A stretch of DNA of 7,167 nucleotides. Source: Candidatus Wukongarchaeum yapensis. GTDB lineage: Archaea > Asgardarchaeota > Wukongarchaeia > Wukongarchaeales > Wukongarchaeaceae. Below are positions 5,281 through 7,167 of the stretch, one piece after another; positions within the stretch are counted from its first letter, which is position 1; the number at the start of each line of letters is the position of its first letter. Under the pieces are notes generated by a model. It was not told the origin of the DNA. It saw nothing but the letters and a program-made list of their open reading frames with translations, and ran no database searches. The position numbers and the translations under genes are program-made. Location: the NCBI GenBank assembly GCA_016840425.1, contig JAEOSI010000118.1, forward strand, positions 1 to 7,167. The letters run 5' to 3'.

Positions 5281-7104
5281 ATGGCAAAAGAGATAACATT
5301 AGAGAAGTTAGCAAAAATTCCAACAATCATGCAACTTAGAACTAATAAAGAAAAAGATAAAATAGGTTTTTATTGGAACAAAACCGAAAGGAATGAATTC
5401 TATATACTCGATCCTAAAATAAAAGAATACAAAAAAATAACCGATGGTGAGCTCCCACGAGCTATTCGAGCAGGATATTTATGGTTAAATGATAGTAAAC
5501 AAATAATATATACCAGAGATAAAGATGGTGACGAACAACATGATCTCTTTTTGTTTAATATTGAGACAAAAGAATCTATACAACTATCAGAAACACCAGA
5601 TGCACTAGATATTCCTTTTGCAATAAGTCCAGATGGAAATTTTCTCTGTTTTGGATCTTCAAGAGCAGGACAAATAAACTTGTTTAAAATGAATATTGAA
5701 TCCAAAGAGGTCGTTCAACTAACGGATCATAAATCTCCTACTTGGTTTGGTGCAGTCTGGAGTAAGAACAAATGGATCTATTATTCTTGCAATGCGACAG
5801 AGAATTTAAAAAATGTAGATATTTGGGCTGTTAAAGAAGATGGTAGTGAGAAAAATCTAGTTTTTCAAGTGACAGACGATTCTGAAGATTTAGTGTTTGA
5901 TGCGTCTGATGATGGAATGATTTTAGCTATTGAAAGTAATGCTAAAGGTGTAAGACAAGCAGGAATCTTGATGACTGAAACAAATGAGGTTAAATGGTTT
6001 GGAGATGCCAAATATGACGAAACTGTTATCGAATTAAGCAAAGATGCAAAGAATCTTTTAGTACTAAGAAACAGACAAGCAGAAATAATACCAGTTCTAT
6101 ATAAATTAGAAACGGGTGAAGGGAAAGCACTAGACTTTAAAGGCGTTATATCTGCCTTTCAAGGAAAATTCAACATATCATTCTGTTTAGATGACAAATA
6201 CCTTGTATATACACGTTCAGATCCGAAAACTCCGCAAATATTGGCCTTATATGATATAGAAAAGGAAAAAGAAGAGATCATCATTCAACCCCAAACTGAT
6301 TTAACTGAAGAAACTTTTTACGATTCCGAATATGTCAAATATCCTTCTTTTGATAATCTAGAAATTTCTGCAATATTATATAAACCAAAAATTGAGAAAG
6401 AAAAGAAATATCCTGCACTTATAATTGTTCATGGAGGCCCTGAATCTCAGTTCTTCAGAAACTTTAATATGATCGGACATGTATTTGCCCACAATGGATT
6501 TGTACTCTTACAGCCAAACGTTAGAGGATCAACAGGATATGGAAAAGAGTTTCTGGAAATGAACTACCTAGATTGGGGTGGAGGCGATGCAAAAGATGTA
6601 ATTCATGGAAAGAAGTTCCTAGAAACTCTAGATTACGTGGATCCTGAAAGAATAGGGGTCTTTGGAGGATCTTACGGAGGTTTCATGACTTTTCTCCAAA
6701 TGACAAAATACGCTGATGCGGGTTGGAAAGCTGGTTCTGCCTGGATTGGAGTCTCTAATTTGAAAACATTCTTTGATAACTCAAAGCCATATTTCAAGTA
6801 CTTTATCATATCTCACCTAGGAACATATGAAGAACAAAAAGAACTTTGGGAAGATAGATCAGCAATAAATCACATTAAAAAGATAAAAGCACCAATCCAA
6901 ATGATCCACGGCGTTAATGACCCAAGATGTCCTATTATAGAGTCACGTCAATTTAGAGATAAACTAGTGGAGATGGGTAAGAAAGAAGGTGAGGACTTCG
7001 AATATGTGGAATTCGCTGATGAAGGGCATGGTGCGTATTCTGATATGAATATGAGAATAAGAACTTTCAAATTATTCCTAGATTTCTTCAAAAGAAGATT
7101 ATAA
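5281..7104 (+). CDS. S9 family serine peptidase (acylaminoacyl-peptidase / DPP-like) with N-terminal beta-propeller
   Basis: 'VHGGPESQ', 'PNVRGSTGYG', nucleophile motif GGSYGG, Asp in 'GVNDPRC' and His in 'DEGHG'. TolB/PD40-like propeller repeats ('AISPDG', 'QLTD'). No signal peptide evident. Confidence 0.95.
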   Translation: MAKEITLEKLAKIPTIMQLRTNKEKDKIGFYWNKTERNEFYILDPKIKEYKKITDGELPRAIRAGYLWLNDSKQIIYTRDKDGDEQHDLFLFNIETKESIQLSETPDALDIPFAISPDGNFLCFGSSRAGQINLFKMNIESKEVVQLTDHKSPTWFGAVWSKNKWIYYSCNATENLKNVDIWAVKEDGSEKNLVFQVTDDSEDLVFDASDDGMILAIESNAKGVRQAGILMTETNEVKWFGDAKYDETVIELSKDAKNLLVLRNRQAEIIPVLYKLETGEGKALDFKGVISAFQGKFNISFCLDDKYLVYTRSDPKTPQILALYDIEKEKEEIIIQPQTDLTEETFYDSEYVKYPSFDNLEISAILYKPKIEKEKKYPALIIVHGGPESQFFRNFNMIGHVFAHNGFVLLQPNVRGSTGYGKEFLEMNYLDWGGGDAKDVIHGKKFLETLDYVDPERIGVFGGSYGGFMTFLQMTKYADAGWKAGSAWIGVSNLKTFFDNSKPYFKYFIISHLGTYEEQKELWEDRSAINHIKKIKAPIQMIHGVNDPRCPIIESRQFRDKLVEMGKKEGEDFEYVEFADEGHGAYSDMNMRIRTFKLFLDFFKRRL

Positions 7105-7122
7105 AAACTTCAAGAGAAGATT

Positions 7123-7167
7123 ATGAAAGTTTTGGAAATTTGGAAATGTCGTGAAAGGAATATTTCA
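7123..7167 (+). CDS. possible start of the next gene (partial, MKVLEIWKCRERNIS...)
   Basis: ATG 18 nt after the peptidase stop, with the frame open to the window end. Only 15 codons are visible. Confidence 0.2.
   Translation, partial: MKVLEIWKCRERNIS

Noticed and set aside
1-7167. tRNA, rRNA, CRISPR array or transposase
   Set aside because: No TPsiC/cloverleaf pattern, no regularly spaced direct repeats, and no transposase or integrase motifs seen on either strand.

Overview
AT-rich archaeal chromosomal window, probably TACK/Asgard, judged from the loop-bearing tRNA splicing endonuclease, TATA/BRE promoters and GGAGG-type RBSs. On the + strand, in order: a DUF47/PhoU-like protein, tRNA splicing endonuclease EndA, an 8-Cys hypothetical protein, a KaiC/RAD55-family protein with a degenerate Walker A, an unannotated 50-aa membrane CxxC microprotein, its partner NapH/YccM-like polyferredoxin membrane protein, and an S9 acylaminoacyl-type peptidase. 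A small hypothetical ORF lies on the - strand. The best hidden element is an unannotated box C/D guide sRNA on the - strand at about 3124-3212. It has a C box, D box, D' and C' boxes, two K-turn geometries, its own promoter and an outer 9-bp inverted repeat. From recalled archaeal tRNA sequences, both of its guides look complementary to one class II tRNA (tRNA-Leu) rather than to rRNA. That target is a hypothesis I could not test. No CRISPR array, tRNA, rRNA or mobile element was seen.
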